A stretch of DNA of 64,000 bases from Octopus sinensis (lineage: Eukaryota): NCBI RefSeq assembly GCF_006345805.1, contig NC_043004.1, positions 35,836,001 to 35,900,000 on the forward strand. Direction: 5' to 3'. This document shows, in pieces, positions 1 to 13,289 of the stretch. Position 1 is the first letter of the stretch. Every line of letters begins with the position of its first letter. The notes under the pieces were generated by a model, which ran no database searches, was not told the DNA's origin, and saw only the letters and a program-made list of their open reading frames with translations. The translations under genes were made by a program, and so were the position numbers.

Positions 1-340
1 ACTTCAGATTGACACCCAAACACTCTGAAATGTTCATACTGGAAGTTTTGGTATGAATGCCAAGCAGTATAGCATGTCATTTCCAAATTTCTGGCAGAGT
101 GAGTTTTGTCATGATGCTTTTTTTCTCACAGATGGTGCCCAACCGACCCTACTATACTGTATAGTTGACGAAATCAAAAGCAATGTGCATGTGCAAAATT
201 TAAAATTTAAAATGGTGACAGTTTACTCATCACACCCTGTATATAAACAGCTAGACACAATGTGATGCCACAAAGGAAAAATTCAATCATCACTAAGTGT
301 GACTAAAGATGTCGGAGCACCTACATTGCTAGAAATAAGA

Positions 341-365
341 ATACATACACACATACATACATACA

Positions 366-400
<35 letters not shown>
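341..400. repeat. (TACA)n microsatellite grading into (TA)n
   Basis: Directly visible tandem TACA units. Confidence 0.95.
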
Positions 401-402
<2 letters not shown>

Positions 403-839
403 GGTTACCATGAGTATTCAAAGTTTGTCACCTGTTCATGGTTAAATAACATGAAGGAGAAGACTGCCTTTTGATCTGTATGATGCTTGGAGTACCTGTT
501 GATAATAGAGAAAAGGTTGTTATGTCTCCATTGGAAGACAAACTTAATGTCTCGGTTCATTGGTCTATTATATAAGGAAGGGCAGGAGGTGCTTGTGGTG
601 GGTGTGGGTGTGGTGGGAGTTAAAGCATGTCATCATTTGGTAAGGAAAGTAACTGTAGGAAGAAGAGTCAGAGATGGCACTAAACCTTGCAATACACTTA
701 TCAAACAGTCCAACTGATGCCAACATGAACATGAACAGTAAGTGATGATGAGAGTAATAGTAAATTTGGGTGGCAAACGATTTCATCTCTGCACCATCAA
801 TGTCTATGAAGATTAGCTGCAAGGTTTGGAATTGATCAA

Positions 840-1061
840 CCCTTTTAATACCAACTTGGCTGAACCTGCCCCTGGCTCTGTAGTACAAATGTCTTGTATT
901 CAAAAGTTCTGAGTTAAAATCTTCCAACAAACCTTAGTCACAATTTATGTTCCAGACACTAACTTAATGATAACTAAGTTATTTTGCTAAATTCTTTATT
1001 ATATTTTAAATTAATTGAAAGAAACACAGAACATCTCAACAGAAATATGGTAACAAAAGGG
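840..1061. mobile_element. piggyBac-like MITE (non-autonomous, ~220 bp)
   Basis: Ends CCCTTTTAATACCA ... TGGTAACAAAAGGG form a 14-bp inverted repeat with 2 mismatches. Flanked by TCAA (836-839) and TTAA (1062-1065). CCC...GGG ends with a TTAA target are the piggyBac signature. Confidence 0.7.
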
Positions 1062-1169
1062 TTAAATATATGAAAGTTCCCAAATAAGATGACTTCAGAG
1101 AGAAGCAAAGTGAAACAGATATCTTCAATATACAAAGTGTGGTGGCTAAATTCTAGTGATGATTGGAGA

Positions 1170-1422
1170 TGGAGTAAAGATTGTTTGCCAACATAACATG
1201 GCAGTCCTGGTTTAGGATAAATGTTGCTGTAATTTAGCCCCAGGAGACATCGTCTCCAGCTGGCTGTATTTTATAATCTGTGTCCTTATATTTTCGAACA
1301 ATATAAGGACACAGATCATGTCGTATAACCAGCTGGAGATGATGTATCCTGGGGCTAAATAACAGCAACATTCGTCCTAAACCAGGACTGCCATGTTATG
1401 TTGGCAAACAATCTTTACTCCA
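1170..1422. mobile_element. Fold-back (fully palindromic) MITE-like element
   Basis: Arm 1170-1292 is the reverse complement of 1300-1422 with scattered mismatches (e.g. TGGAGTAAAGATTGTTTGCCAACATAACATGGCAGTCCTGGTTT / AAACCAGGACTGCCATGTTATGTTGGCAAACAATCTTTACTCCA). 7-nt loop TTCGAAC. Confidence 0.8.
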
Positions 1423-2064
1423 AAGTACTATTGCTGAATATCTCTCGTTGTGAGGTTTACAAATAGTAATTTTCTAATGATTGGAGATGTTTAAAGGATG
1501 TTAGATGTGACCAAAGTAGAGAAGGTTCGAGTAACTGAAAACCGTTGTTGTTGAAATACCAGTGATGTTGAAATATGGTCAGAAGAGAGAATAGAACATT
1601 CGTGCAGACATGACCTTTCGGGGAAAAATTAATTGTAAAGTTTGTAATTTGAACAATAGAGATTAATTACTGACAGAAGACAAGAGTTGTGTTTTAGTAA
1701 GAAACAGTGGGTGTGAATTTTGTGTGGAATGTGATGGTAAGGATGGGGTCTAGTTTGGATCAAAATCTACAGATGTGTTTCTGAAGAGAAAGGAATTCAG
1801 AAGATTTAACAGAAATGAAGAAGGAGAAAAAAAATGATCATGACCCATTAGTTTTCATTAATCACTACTGCAATTGTTGCACATAACTAGAAGTCAGTTG
1901 GCTCCAGTGGGCCTCTTGTAACCTTGTAATAGCTGAGAACTTAGAAAAAAGAAGGGTATTAAACTTTTTGCTAGCTAAGAGGGCAACTTCACAAGGCAAC
2001 CTTTGTAGGGAGGAACAATAAACCCACAAGACAGTGTTTCTACCAGGAAATGTTTACCATTTGT

Positions 2065-2636
2065 TTTCTACAGCTAGATGCCCTTCCTAATGCCAACCAC
2101 TCCGAGAGTGTAGTGGGTGCTTTTACATGCTTTTACATGCTTTTACCAGCACAGGGCCAGTCAGGAGGTACTGGCAACGACCTCACTCGAATCTTTTACA
2201 CATGCCACTGACACAGGTGCCAGTAAAGCTATGCTGGTAACAGTCATGCTCGAATGATGTCTTTTACGTGCCACCGGCATGGAGGCCAGATAGCCGCTCT
2301 GGCAACGATCATGCTTGGATGGTGCTCTTAATACCCTACTAGCACGGGGCTCGAGTGCCAGTAAGGCGACGCTGGTAATGATCATGCTCGAAAGGTGCCT
2401 TTTAAGTGCCACTGGCACGGAAGCCAGTTTGTCACTCTGTCAATGATCACACTCATATGGTGCTCTTTGCACCCTGCTAGCACGGATGCCAGTAATCGAA
2501 TTTGATTTTGATTTTGATTTTGATTTTGAATTTTGATTTCACTTGAGTCAACAGGTCTTCACAAGCAGAGTTTTAGTGTCCAAAGAAGGAACAGGTACGC
2601 ATAAGTGGGTTGGTAACGCCCCTGGCATAGGCCACG
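2065..2636 (-). mobile_element. RTE-LINE 3'-UTR-derived / SINE-like repeat with internal tandem subunits
   Basis: Shares the TTTCTACAGCTGGATGCCCTTCCTAATGCCAACCACTCC...GTGTAGTGGGTGCTTTT block with ten or more other copies in the window, plus repeated GCCAGTAAGGCGA/TGCTGGTAAC subunits. Confidence 0.75.
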
Positions 2637-4541
2637 TGATTATAAGGCAGGGAATAAAGAAAATCAAATGAAGAGGGAGAAGAGTAAATAAAAGTAAACG
2701 AAAATGTATAAATGAACAAAGTAAATGGATTTGAATGAAGGATATGAGGGGGAGTTGTAAACTTGTATTGGATGGTGACAGCAGTAGTGATGGTGGTACA
2801 TTATACATTATAATAAGGGTACATGCATATGTACTCCAATCATAAAATAAACCAAGAGAATCCAAGGAAACTGGTAATATTCTACATTGGCAAAGAGTTT
2901 GTACACAAGTTCATAAGATGGAATATGTAATTTGGTGATGAGGAGGAAGTGATATCAGTTTCAAGCAAAACAATTCCTCAAAAGGAAGATGAAGTGTTCT
3001 ACTTGAAATCATAGACTCTACAACCCCACCCCACCCCCACCCCACCATCCTATCATGATTAAATAATTTATTCTACTTTGTGAACTTTCTGTAGATATTA
3101 TGTTTACCCAGATCTCCTCCTGTCATTTTATGTATCATATTTCCTTAATGATTTCAGTCAGTTTTGCTCATTACCGCAACAGCATCAATCTCTCAATGTT
3201 TGTGCAATATCAGTGTGGATCTGTTACTATGTTTGCCTTCATTATAACATCATATCCAGATAATTCATTACATTATTAATACCACGTGAAATGCAATGAA
3301 AAATCATTGTCTTGAACCTTATTATATTTCATCAGTATTAACTCAAATTAATGCAGGAATTAAAATATCTGAGGATTGTAACCAAATCACATTCAACAAT
3401 GAAAATTGATGAGAAAGAAGCTGAGAACTTCATTTATTTATTTTTTAAAGAGAAACAGAATATCTGAATTGAGCTGTTATAGTGTTTCTAGCTTTCAGTT
3501 TCTCTTGGCTATTTACAACACATTTAAGGGTAGAAATTTGTGCAGGTTTCTTTAGAATTATCGTACAGTTGTTCTGAAGGAGAATTTTAGTGTGAGCTTT
3601 AAATACATGCATTTGCTTAGAATGATTAGAAAAGAGAGACTGTGAAAAGAAAGCTTTTTGGGAAAGCTATAACAATACAATTGCCACCAACATAAAATCA
3701 TCTGCAAACACAGCTGATAGTGGAAATGTATTAAAAGGGAAAGATTTGCTATGAAATAATATAAATGCATTTTGTTTTTTTTTTTTGCTAAACAGTCATC
3801 GCAGCCAGCTGCCTACCTTCTGTTTTGAATAAGTGATTCTCTTCCCCTTTTGCAAATGTAAAATAACCAATGTAAAAAATATTCAAAGCCAAATAATCTA
3901 AGAAATTTTTTTTTTTAAATCCCCAAAATTATCAATAAACTTTGAATAAAAATAATAAATAAAGAAAGAAAATCGGTATTAAAAAAACATAAACTTGCAC
4001 AAAATCAAGGAATTTCTGGCATTTCTAAGAGAGTGCCAATTTACAATAGAGAGCATTTAACCTGACTAATAAAGTGAACATGAGGACAACAAATCTTAGT
4101 CTTAATGAAAAAAAAACTATAAATAGAAAATGATGTGAAGCTATAGAGGTTACATTATTTCTTGTATGGTTAAAAGTCTTGCTTAAGGATGCAATGAAAT
4201 ATAATCCAGCATCCGATTGTTGATGAAAAGATAAGTGCAAGCCAAATTGATATCATACTTTTCATTCTTGCTTGAAACCAATCAAATTTGGATCCAGGAC
4301 ATGAAACTTTGAGGAATGCATGAACATCACAAAATCACATTGTCTTCCATTATGAAATCGGTAGTCCGGGTCATAAATAGGTTTTAGAAAGAAATTAGGT
4401 GTTTCCAGAATCATAAGTAAAGATTCAATTTGAATGAGTTCCTGTTATAAGTAGCAGTAACACCCAGCGATAATGGACAGCAGAATATATGATATTTAAA
4501 TACAGAGTTTAACATAACCAGAACTAGCTAACTTCATATTC

Positions 4542-4681
4542 TTTCCACATAAGCTCCCTGTTTCCACACAGGCTCCCTGTTTCCACATAGGCTCCCTGTT
4601 TCCACAGGCTCTCTGTTTCCACATAGGCTCCCTCTTTCCACATAGGCTCCCTGTTTTCACATAGACTCCCTGTTTCCACAT
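4542..4681. repeat. 19-bp minisatellite, ~7 copies (GGCTCCCTGTTTCCACATA)
   Basis: Successive units start 19 bp apart (4571, 4590); one shortened unit. Explains ORF 4496-4693. Confidence 0.9.
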
Positions 4682-5888
4682 ATCTCTGTTCATCTAATCA
4701 CCTGTATTACACATCACCTTCCAGTATCTCAAGATCTGAACATATAACCAATCCCCTTATCTTTTACTGTTACCCTCCAGCTACAACATACCACATTTCT
4801 CACTCAGCACTTACATCTCATTTGCATACGATATTGTGCATGCATGTGTACTTGCATTAACACCTGGGTGTGTGCATGTGTGTATCAATAACCACACATA
4901 TATGCATGAAATTTTCCTGATGGAAATAGCTCCATGAATGGATAAATGTTAACCAAAAAGTCATTCAGTAAGTATAAGGTCTTTATTGAAATTTATTCCC
5001 AATTCTCTTATTGGGAATATTCTACAAACTGCAGCCAAACAGATTAGTAAAATTGTGCATCCACTGAAAAATAGAAGTGTGCATCAGCTGCAAAATGTGA
5101 TTGTAGATAAATTGTAAAATGAAATTGTATCAGCATCTAAACTGAGGATTGTGATTTGTTTCTGAATGTTGCAAATGAGAAAAGTAATTGGAAAAGTTAT
5201 ATCAGAATGTGATGGAGGGAGAAACCAATGGAGATCTTCTTTGTTGTGAATATGATGATGATGATGATGATGATAGTAAATCCGCAACAAATATCAGGAT
5301 TTAGTTTTAAATTCTAATCTCTGTCGTTTTAGTAGATTGTTCTGAAACAAGATATGGAATTGTTATCACATATTCACCGGTAGCTTTTACAAGATATTAC
5401 TGTTTGGATTAGAAGCTGGTGGAATGGAGAGAAATGACAGAAGACGAAATGCCGTTCAGTATTTTGTTTCATCTCTCTACACTCAAATTCCATCAATGTT
5501 TGTTTTGTCTTTTACTTCCAATATCTCTAAAATACACTTCACTCATATATCAACTTTCTTTCAATTCATTTTGACTTCTCTTTCTAGCATTAACACATCG
5601 CTGCTGCAGGTCCCTAATCAAACATATCTATGAATAAAGACGTTACAAAGGAGACCCTCCTGTCTTTTTCCCCAGATACAGTGCACCCAGGACTACATTA
5701 TCCCAATTATTTTATTCTTTTACTATTTTTAGTCATTGTACCATGGCCATGCTGGGGCATCTTTAACAGTTTTAGGAGACCATATTACTGCCTGGTACTA
5801 ATTTTAAAAGTCTCTGTCAAACTTCTAAGTTACTGGACAAAACACATACAGGCAACAATGCACACAAAAAGACAGATGTGTGTGTGTG

Positions 5889-5982
<94 letters not shown>
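5889..5982. repeat. (TATC)n microsatellite
   Basis: Directly visible; abuts the mariner end. Confidence 0.95.
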
Positions 5983-5983
<1 letters not shown>

Positions 5984-7212
5984 TGGGTCATCCCATAAAT
6001 AATGTGGTTTTTTTATACTTCATTTATTTTTCAAAATTAAGGTAAAGTTCTTTTTTAATCTAAAAGATACTTTCCTTCATTTTCTGCAATCCTCTTCCAT
6101 CTATCTGGTAGACTTGCAAGGCTCCTTTTCCAAAATTCACTTGTCCATTTTGAAAAGTAATTTTCCAGTACTGATCTCACCTCATCTGCAGAATTCGTAT
6201 TTTTGCCATCCAAATGATTTTGAAGACTGCAGAATAAATGATAATCAGGTGAGGCAATGTCTGACAAATATGGTGGGTGAGGCATCGTTTCCCATTCAAA
6301 CTGCTCCAGCCTTTGGAATATCATCTTTGCTGTATGTGGCCAAGCATTATCCTGATGGAAGAACACCTTTTGTCCTGAAACCAAAGATGGTCATTTTTCT
6401 TCTAACACTGACTCAAGCCATCCAAGATGCTCACAGTAGATCTCCTTTGTTATCATTTGGTTTGAGTTCAAAAGTTCAAAGTAGACTAAAACTTTTATAT
6501 CCCACCAAACAAATAACAACACCTTACGTGGGTGGAGACCTTCTTTAGCCTGGGGTGTCGGTGTTTCTCTTTACTCTACCCACTGTCTTCGGCACTTCAC
6601 ATTTTCATAGAGAACCCATTTCTTGTCTCCAGTCACTATTCGGTCCAAAAAGGTTCATTCATGAGATATGACAGCAAAGAAGGTCACACATTCACGCTCT
6701 GTGTGCAATTAGACTCGGAAAGTTTGTGAGGAACCCATCGATCCAATTTGCTGACTTTTCTGATGGCACACAGGTTTTGATGAATGGTTGAATGACCAAA
6801 TCCAAGCTCCTCTGCTGGTTCCTCAACAGTTGCAATGGGATTTTGTCCCACCAGGGTTTGCAGGATGTCCTCATCGAGCTCAACAAATCTTCCAGGATGA
6901 GGCTCATCTTCTAGGCTTTAGTTTCAGCTCGGAATTTCTGGAACCACCATTGACACTGGCTTATGCTTATCGTCTGATCCCCATATACTGCATTAATATT
7001 CTTCGCACTTTCTGTTGCGTTGTGGCCTTTATTGAACTCATAAAGCAAAATATGCTGAATATGCTCCTTTGTCATTTCCATTATAGCTTTGAAAAGATAA
7101 CTGTTAAAATTGAACTGCACTCTTCAAAACTTGCACTAAGAATAAAGACAAGGTAAAATTACTGCCTACTATTATAACAAGTTGATGCAGGTAGTTTATC
7201 TCATCCCACCCA
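5983..7212 (-). mobile_element. Decayed mariner (DD34D) transposon
   Basis: Left end TA|TTGGGTCATCCCATAAATAATGTGGTTTT is mariner-TIR-like; contains the transposase remnant listed next. The right TIR is not a clean match. Confidence 0.9.
6055..7081 (-). pseudogene. Mariner transposase pseudogene (~340 codons, stops and frameshifts)
   Basis: N-terminus MEMTKEHIQHILLYEFNKG...QWWFQKF (HTH), then WVPHKL, DRIVTGDKKWVLYEN, HPRKVLLFVWWD, FHQDNAWPH and PHPPYLSDIASPDYHLF. 34 residues lie between the second and third catalytic Asp. Confidence 0.92.
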
Positions 7213-7390
<178 letters not shown>

Positions 7391-7953
7391 TACTTAGAGC
7401 ATGTGTTAACCTCATGAAGGGATGGTTTCATCCAAGGAAGTATTGGTATACCTAGTATTTTGGGGGTATGAATTTCCTTAAAATAATAAGTATATATAAA
7501 ACATATAGTTTATATCCATTTAAAAGAAGAAAAATAAAATGAAGATCAGGAATTTAATCATTGTTTATAATTAACAGCAAATTGGTCATCTTCACTCATA
7601 GCCATTTCAATTAATACTCAATAAGCATTAAATTTACATTTTTGCGACATGAGAGTAATATCATCAGAGGAAAAAAAAGACATACATTTGGATGTTATAT
7701 GTGTGTTGATGAATTCATTTTCGCAGACTGAGTGTTACGGTTTATGGATTGTATTGTTATATGCTCGGGTGAGGGGTTTACAGGTTGATTACAGATACAT
7801 TAGAATAGGTGAATAAAATTAACACAATAAAAAAGGTAAACAGAGATGATAAAGGAAAGTTAAACATAAATAAGGTAAACTTATTGTTGATAAAGCAATG
7901 AAATATCCGTTTATAAAGTATGAATGAAATTATAAAAATCTATATATAATTGC

Positions 7954-7984
<31 letters not shown>

Positions 7985-8230
7985 CCGGAGTAAACACATA
8001 AATGTGAAACAAGGTGGAAAAAAAGAGTACTCAAATACCAGTGGTAGAGTAATATGCTTTATTTAAAGCAGCAGAAAATTCAACAAAACCTGTTACTCTG
8101 AGTTTCATGTTCCTGTTCGTCGGACAGTTTTTGTTATATGCTATCTAGCAAAAACTGTCCGATGAACGGGAACGTGAAACTCAGAGTAACAGGTTTTGTT
8201 GAATTTTCTGCTGCTTTAAATAAAGTATAT
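7985..8230. mobile_element. Non-autonomous PLE-like element: asymmetric inverted repeat inserted in (TA)n
   Basis: Arms 8052-8133 and 8149-8230 are reverse complements with 4 mismatches; unpaired extension 7985-8051; (TA)n on both flanks; contains a hammerhead motif. Confidence 0.7.
8151..8197 (+). ncRNA. Candidate minimal type I hammerhead ribozyme (U4C variant)
   Basis: Helix I CTGT/ACAG (plus AAAA/TTTT after one bulge), core CCGATGA, helix II ACG-GGAA-CGT, GAAA, near-palindromic helix III ACTC-A-GAGT, cleavage triplet GUA (8186-8188). Paired by eye. Confidence 0.6.
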
Positions 8231-8784
8231 ATATATATATATATTATTTATATATTATTTATAATATTAATTATATTTATATTATGTATATTTAAATCTA
8301 TTACTTTTTTATATTTATATATATTATTTATATTTAATTCTTATTTACATTTGCAAATCACATATTGTACTTTCCTCTTTTTTTTAATGTATGAATGAGC
8401 TACTCCACGTTGGACACCAGACTGACGTTTAATCACTCTATAGAGTGCCTGAGTGGTGTCTGGAATGGGATAGCCTACCTCATGGGCAGGGAGAAGCTCT
8501 TTAACCTTGGTTGGTAATCTACCTAGGAGATGGAAATCTCCGAAATATAACCTGAGGTCTTGGAAGTTCCTGGTTTTGTCAATTTTCATGTCACACCGGT
8601 GAAAGTGTTCTTGGGCCAATAGGTGGGGGTAGTGCAATACAAGCTACGCCCATCAAAGATTATTCATCTGCACAGGTACTTCCTGTACACTGGATCTTGG
8701 TAAAATCATTGAATTTGTTGGTTGGCAGAAACCTAAAAATGCACTTGTAACTTACTCTTATATATATGTATCTATATATATATA

Positions 8785-9008
8785 TTTCTTTACTACCCAC
8801 AAGGGGCTAAACATAGAGGGGTCAAACAAGGACAGACAAAGGGATTAAGTCGATTACATCGACCCCAGTGCGAAACTGGTACTTTATTTATCGACCCCGA
8901 AAGGATGAAAGGAAAAGTCTACCTTGGCGGAATTTGAACTCAGAACGTAACGTCTGATGAAATACCGCTAAGCATTTCACCCGGTGCGCTAACGTTTCTG
9001 CCAGCTCG

Positions 9009-9012
<4 letters not shown>
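8785..9012 (-). mobile_element. tRNA-derived SINE (octopus OK/OR-type; exact family not verifiable here)
   Basis: Minus-strand head with A-box-like TGGCAGAAACG and B-box GAGTTCAAATTCC; same body as copies at 32795, 34581, 39015 and 48309. Confidence 0.85.
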
Positions 9013-9049
<37 letters not shown>

Positions 9050-9791
9050 TATGTGTATGTGTGTGTGTGTATAAATACACTTATATATATACATATCTGT
9101 GTGTGTGTGTGTTTGGACATATGTGTGTGAATGTATGCATCTTTGTAAGAATAATAATGAAACTACACTAAGCTATAAGTATGGATAGTCCTGTCGCTTT
9201 GTGACTCACCTACAGTGCCATCACTGTTCATGGTGAAGCTGCAACTTGTGAAGTTTGTTGATGTTTCCTATTAACAAAACCACTCACCAGCTCTATGCTG
9301 CCAAACTCTGCTGGAGTAAAAATCCTTTACTTCGAAAAACAGGTAAGGTTAGTGCCTCTAAATTTCCTCCTAGTTAAGCCATGTCAGCATGAAAAAGCTG
9401 TCGAATGAAGGAATGAATGAATGAATGAATGAAATCATAGTACTTACTGTAATTGTTTAAGCTTTGCAATAAGTAAGTGACAAATTACTTAACATGCTAT
9501 ATAGCAAATAAATTAGCTGAATAATTAATTCTATATATGTAAACGATATTTCTCTATGATGTCTGACATAATTAATTTGATTTTTGTTTTGTTTTTCATT
9601 CTCAAGGCCACAAAACAGTGTGAGAATCACCAATTGGCACAAGATTGTTATTTTTATGGAGGATTTTTATTTTTCTGTGAGTTTGTCTTTCTATTACAAA
9701 TATCTGTACACCTTACACATGTATCTATATGTATGTGTGTGTGTGTGTGTATGTATGTATGCATGTATGTATGTGTATGTATGTGTATCTA

Positions 9792-9832
<41 letters not shown>

Positions 9833-9915
9833 ATGTATGTATGTATGTATGTAAGTATGAATGAATGTTTGTATGTATCTATAATATATATGAATATATA
9901 AATATACACACATAC

Positions 9916-10035
9916 ACAGGTGAATAGATAAGTGCAAAACAATGTGGAAAAAATAATACTTAAATACGAAAGGTAGAGTAACATGCTGAGTAACAATCTT
10001 GTGATAATTTTGTAGCTTTAATAAAAGGAGATATA
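9916..10035. mobile_element. Internally deleted, diverged relative of the 7985-8230 element
   Basis: GTGGAAAAAA...ACT.AAATAC...GGTAGAGTAA.ATGC resembles 8013-8057, followed by a decayed right-arm end. The ribozyme core is absent. Confidence 0.4.
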
Positions 10036-10226
10036 TCATCATCATCATCATCATTCAACGTCCGCTTTCCCTGTTGGCATGGGTTGGATGGTTTGACTGA
10101 GGTCTGGAGAGCCACTGGCTGCACCAGGCTCCAATCTGATTTGGCAGAGTTTCTACAGCTGGATGCCCCTTCCTAATGACAACGTCTCTGAGTGTGTAGT
10201 GGGTGCTTTTTACATGCCATCAGCAC

Positions 10227-10229
<3 letters not shown>
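10035..10229 (-). mobile_element. RTE-3'UTR/SINE-like repeat with (GAT)n tail
   Basis: (ATC)n tail then AACGTCCGCTTTCC...GCATGGGTTGGA...TTTCTACAGCTGGATGCC, as in the other copies. Confidence 0.8.
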
Positions 10230-10262
<33 letters not shown>

Positions 10263-10831
10263 TGACTGACGGAGACATTAGACATATATATATACATAAT
10301 ATATGCATTTTTGTATAAATAGACATATGTAAGATATTATATATACATATACATATATATATATATATTATATATATATATAATATATATATATATAATA
10401 TATATATATATACACAGCTATATATATATATATATCCATGAGTGTACATATACATAATTACATACACATATGCACATGCATATATATATATATATATATA
10501 CACACATGTATATGCATTCATGGATATGGATATATACATGCATATACATATATATGTATACATGCATGTCCATACATATATGTATATGTATAGATATAAA
10601 CACATACATACACATTTACACACACACACACACACATACACACATACACATGTATATACAATCTATTATTAGTCCGTATATCAACAGGTAGACATTTTAC
10701 TGAATGATCTCATCAAAATGATTGAAACTTGCATCAAATCTAAGTGATTTGTTGAAAAGCATATAATTTGATAGCTACCTCTGTCTGATTTTTATACAAG
10801 ATAAAAGATTTCTGAAAAAAAAAAAAAATAT

Positions 10832-10868
<37 letters not shown>

Positions 10869-11005
10869 ATACAAATTTGAAGTTTGGAAATTGTAATATT
10901 GTTATCTGTTATTTTTGTTGCTGTCGAAGAACAACAACAGATTTGATGCACCAACACAAAGCTTAGGGCAAAGTTTCTTTTTGCATCTTCTTTCTTTCTC
11001 TCTCC

Positions 11006-11054
<49 letters not shown>

Positions 11055-11270
11055 AGATGTGTATCTGTGCATGTGTGTGCGTGTGTGTATCCTGCATACT
11101 TTATCTTCCTCATATTTCTTAGAGTTCTATTTACATCTGTTTCTTACTGAATAATAACGAAATAGAAACTGCTGGTGACTAGAATGAAAATCATCTCTCT
11201 CTCTCTCTCCCTCTTTTTCTTTCTTTCTCTCCCTCTCTCACTCTTTTTCTCTCTTTCTCTCTCTCTCTCA

Positions 11271-11302
<32 letters not shown>

Positions 11303-12023
11303 TTTCCTTCGTTTCATTTATTTTTTTATTTATTACATGGAATATTTTCATGCATTTTACATTTTGTGTTTTCTTTCACTTTTATTATTTCCTTTTTTTT
11401 TTAAAAAAAAAACAAACTAATTCTGTTTCTTTTATATTTATTTTAACTGTTTACATTATTTCATGATAAGTTGCAGTTGATAAATAGAGATATATATTTT
11501 GACAAGTGTTTGTCTGAAACACATCTGAATACTCTCACCTAGATTTCAGAACTCTTTGTTGATTCACCAAACAATAATAATATAGAGATAACACTAAGCT
11601 ATTGATTTTGAAATAAAACTATTTGCAAATTGTATCTTTTGACTTCCAAAACTTTACCAAACTCAAGCAAGTTAAAGTGTGTCACTATATTTCCTTATTC
11701 TCATCTTTTACAATAAATTTAATACTTTTAAGTCAGTGCTAGCATTCCACAGTAAATGGTAAATTCCTGCTGAGGTGTGACTGTGGCCCAATTCTGTTCT
11801 TGCTTTTGTTTAGTTCTCTTGAAGATTTGAATCTTTTAAGACTATTGAAGGCTTGAGGAGAATGACACCTTGATATGGTCTATTCACCTGCAGGAATATA
11901 AGCAAATTGTCCATTTATAATCTATTTGCATTCCTGTAGATGAACACTGAGACAGAAATTCTAGGCAGTGTCCCTTCTAAGAAGAATTATATGAAGATCA
12001 AATGGAAATTGTAGTTAAGATAC

Positions 12024-12357
12024 CCATGCCAGTGACACGTTAAAAGTACCATCCGAACGTGGCAGTTGCCAGCGCCGCCTGATTTGCATCCATGTTGGTG
12101 ACACGTAAAAACACCAACCGATCATGGCCGTTTGCCAGCCTCATCTGGCCCCTATGCTGGTGGCATGTAAAAAGCACCCACTACACTCACGGAGTGGTTG
12201 GCATTAGGAAGGGCATCCAGCTGTAGAAACACTGCCATATCAGACTGGAGCCTGGTGCAGCCTCCTGGCTTCCCAGACCCCGGTCGAACCATCCAACCCA
12301 TGCTAGCATGGAAAACGGATGTTAAACGATGATGATGATAATGATGATGATGATGAG
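12024..12357 (+). mobile_element. RTE-3'UTR/SINE-like repeat with (GAT)n tail
   Basis: GCACCCACTACACTCACGGAGTGGTTGGCATTAGGAAGGGCATCCAGC...CCCATGCTAGCATGGAAAACGGATGTTAAACGATGATG. Confidence 0.85.
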
Positions 12358-13289
12358 TGGTGCATGCATCCAGTAATTGTAAATGAGAATGATGCAGTGG
12401 AATAGAAACCATTTGCAGACAAATCAGATAGAAGACAATATATCTGAAGGTTGTTTTTTTAAAAATCGTTTTAACTGGTTTACTGAAAATTCAAGGGTTG
12501 TGCCTAGGAACAGGTGAGATCAACATGATTAGCCTTTTGTTGTCATATTTCTGTTGAAATATATTGTCTTTGTGTTGGTTATTTTGGAATATAATGAAGA
12601 ATTTTCTAAAACAATGCTATTATTAAGTTGGTGTTTGGAAAGTAAATTGACAGGAAATTTTGATGTGACTTTTAAGTTGGATCCTTTAAAACAGGAAGTT
12701 TGCATTGTGGAACCTGTGGCAGTCTCAAGCAGGTTGGTATCAAAGGGATTAATATTTCCTTTGAATAATTATAAGTTGATGCCTACAGCAGAGGAATATT
12801 AAGCAGGAAAAGTGAGGAAATATGAGCAGGAAAAGTAGTTGAGTTTTATTTATTCATTTGTTATTTATTTGTTCCATTTTCCTTCTTGTTTCTTGAAAGT
12901 TTATTCCGGCACTAATGCGACCATCTTTATCTCTTTCCCAACTACTCCCACTCACCCCAGCCATGTACCCACTTTTATAGTTAAGACAACTATACTTGCC
13001 ACTGCATCATAATTTATCCTTTCAATACTTGCCACCTCCCCCTACAAATACTATCTTCCCCACCCTTAGTAGTAGGAGCTTTCTCCTTTTCCTCTCTCCC
13101 TGTTCTTTTTCTGCCTTGCAAGTTACTCAGCAACCTCTCTAACCCTGATGACATGAAAAAGCTAGCCAGAGAAACCATGCTGAAGCTTACACACAAGCTC
13201 GCCACAGCCCTGCAGCTCATTGGAGCCTGTCAACCGATCCCACCAATGCTGACATAGAAAACAGACGTTAAATGAAATTAATGATTGCT

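Noticed and set aside
568-930. 120-aa minus-strand ORF
   Set aside because: Its first third lies inside the piggyBac-like MITE and the rest has no recognisable motif.
3024-3043. Four C-runs (minus-strand G-quadruplex potential); similar G-rich run at 22112-22138
   Set aside because: Simple low-complexity repeats with no supporting context.
4262-4432. Minus-strand open frame ELIQIESLLMILETPNFFLKPIYDPDYRFHNG after a possible acceptor
   Set aside because: No convincing donor and no recognisable family; could be chance.
7405-7450. CTCATGA-AG-GGATG-GTTT-CATCC hammerhead-like remnant
   Set aside because: G5 is mutated and GAAA is missing; at best a dead PLE terminus.
13144-13160. CTGATGA followed by GAAA
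   Set aside because: Only three bases between them, so no helix II and no matching helix I.
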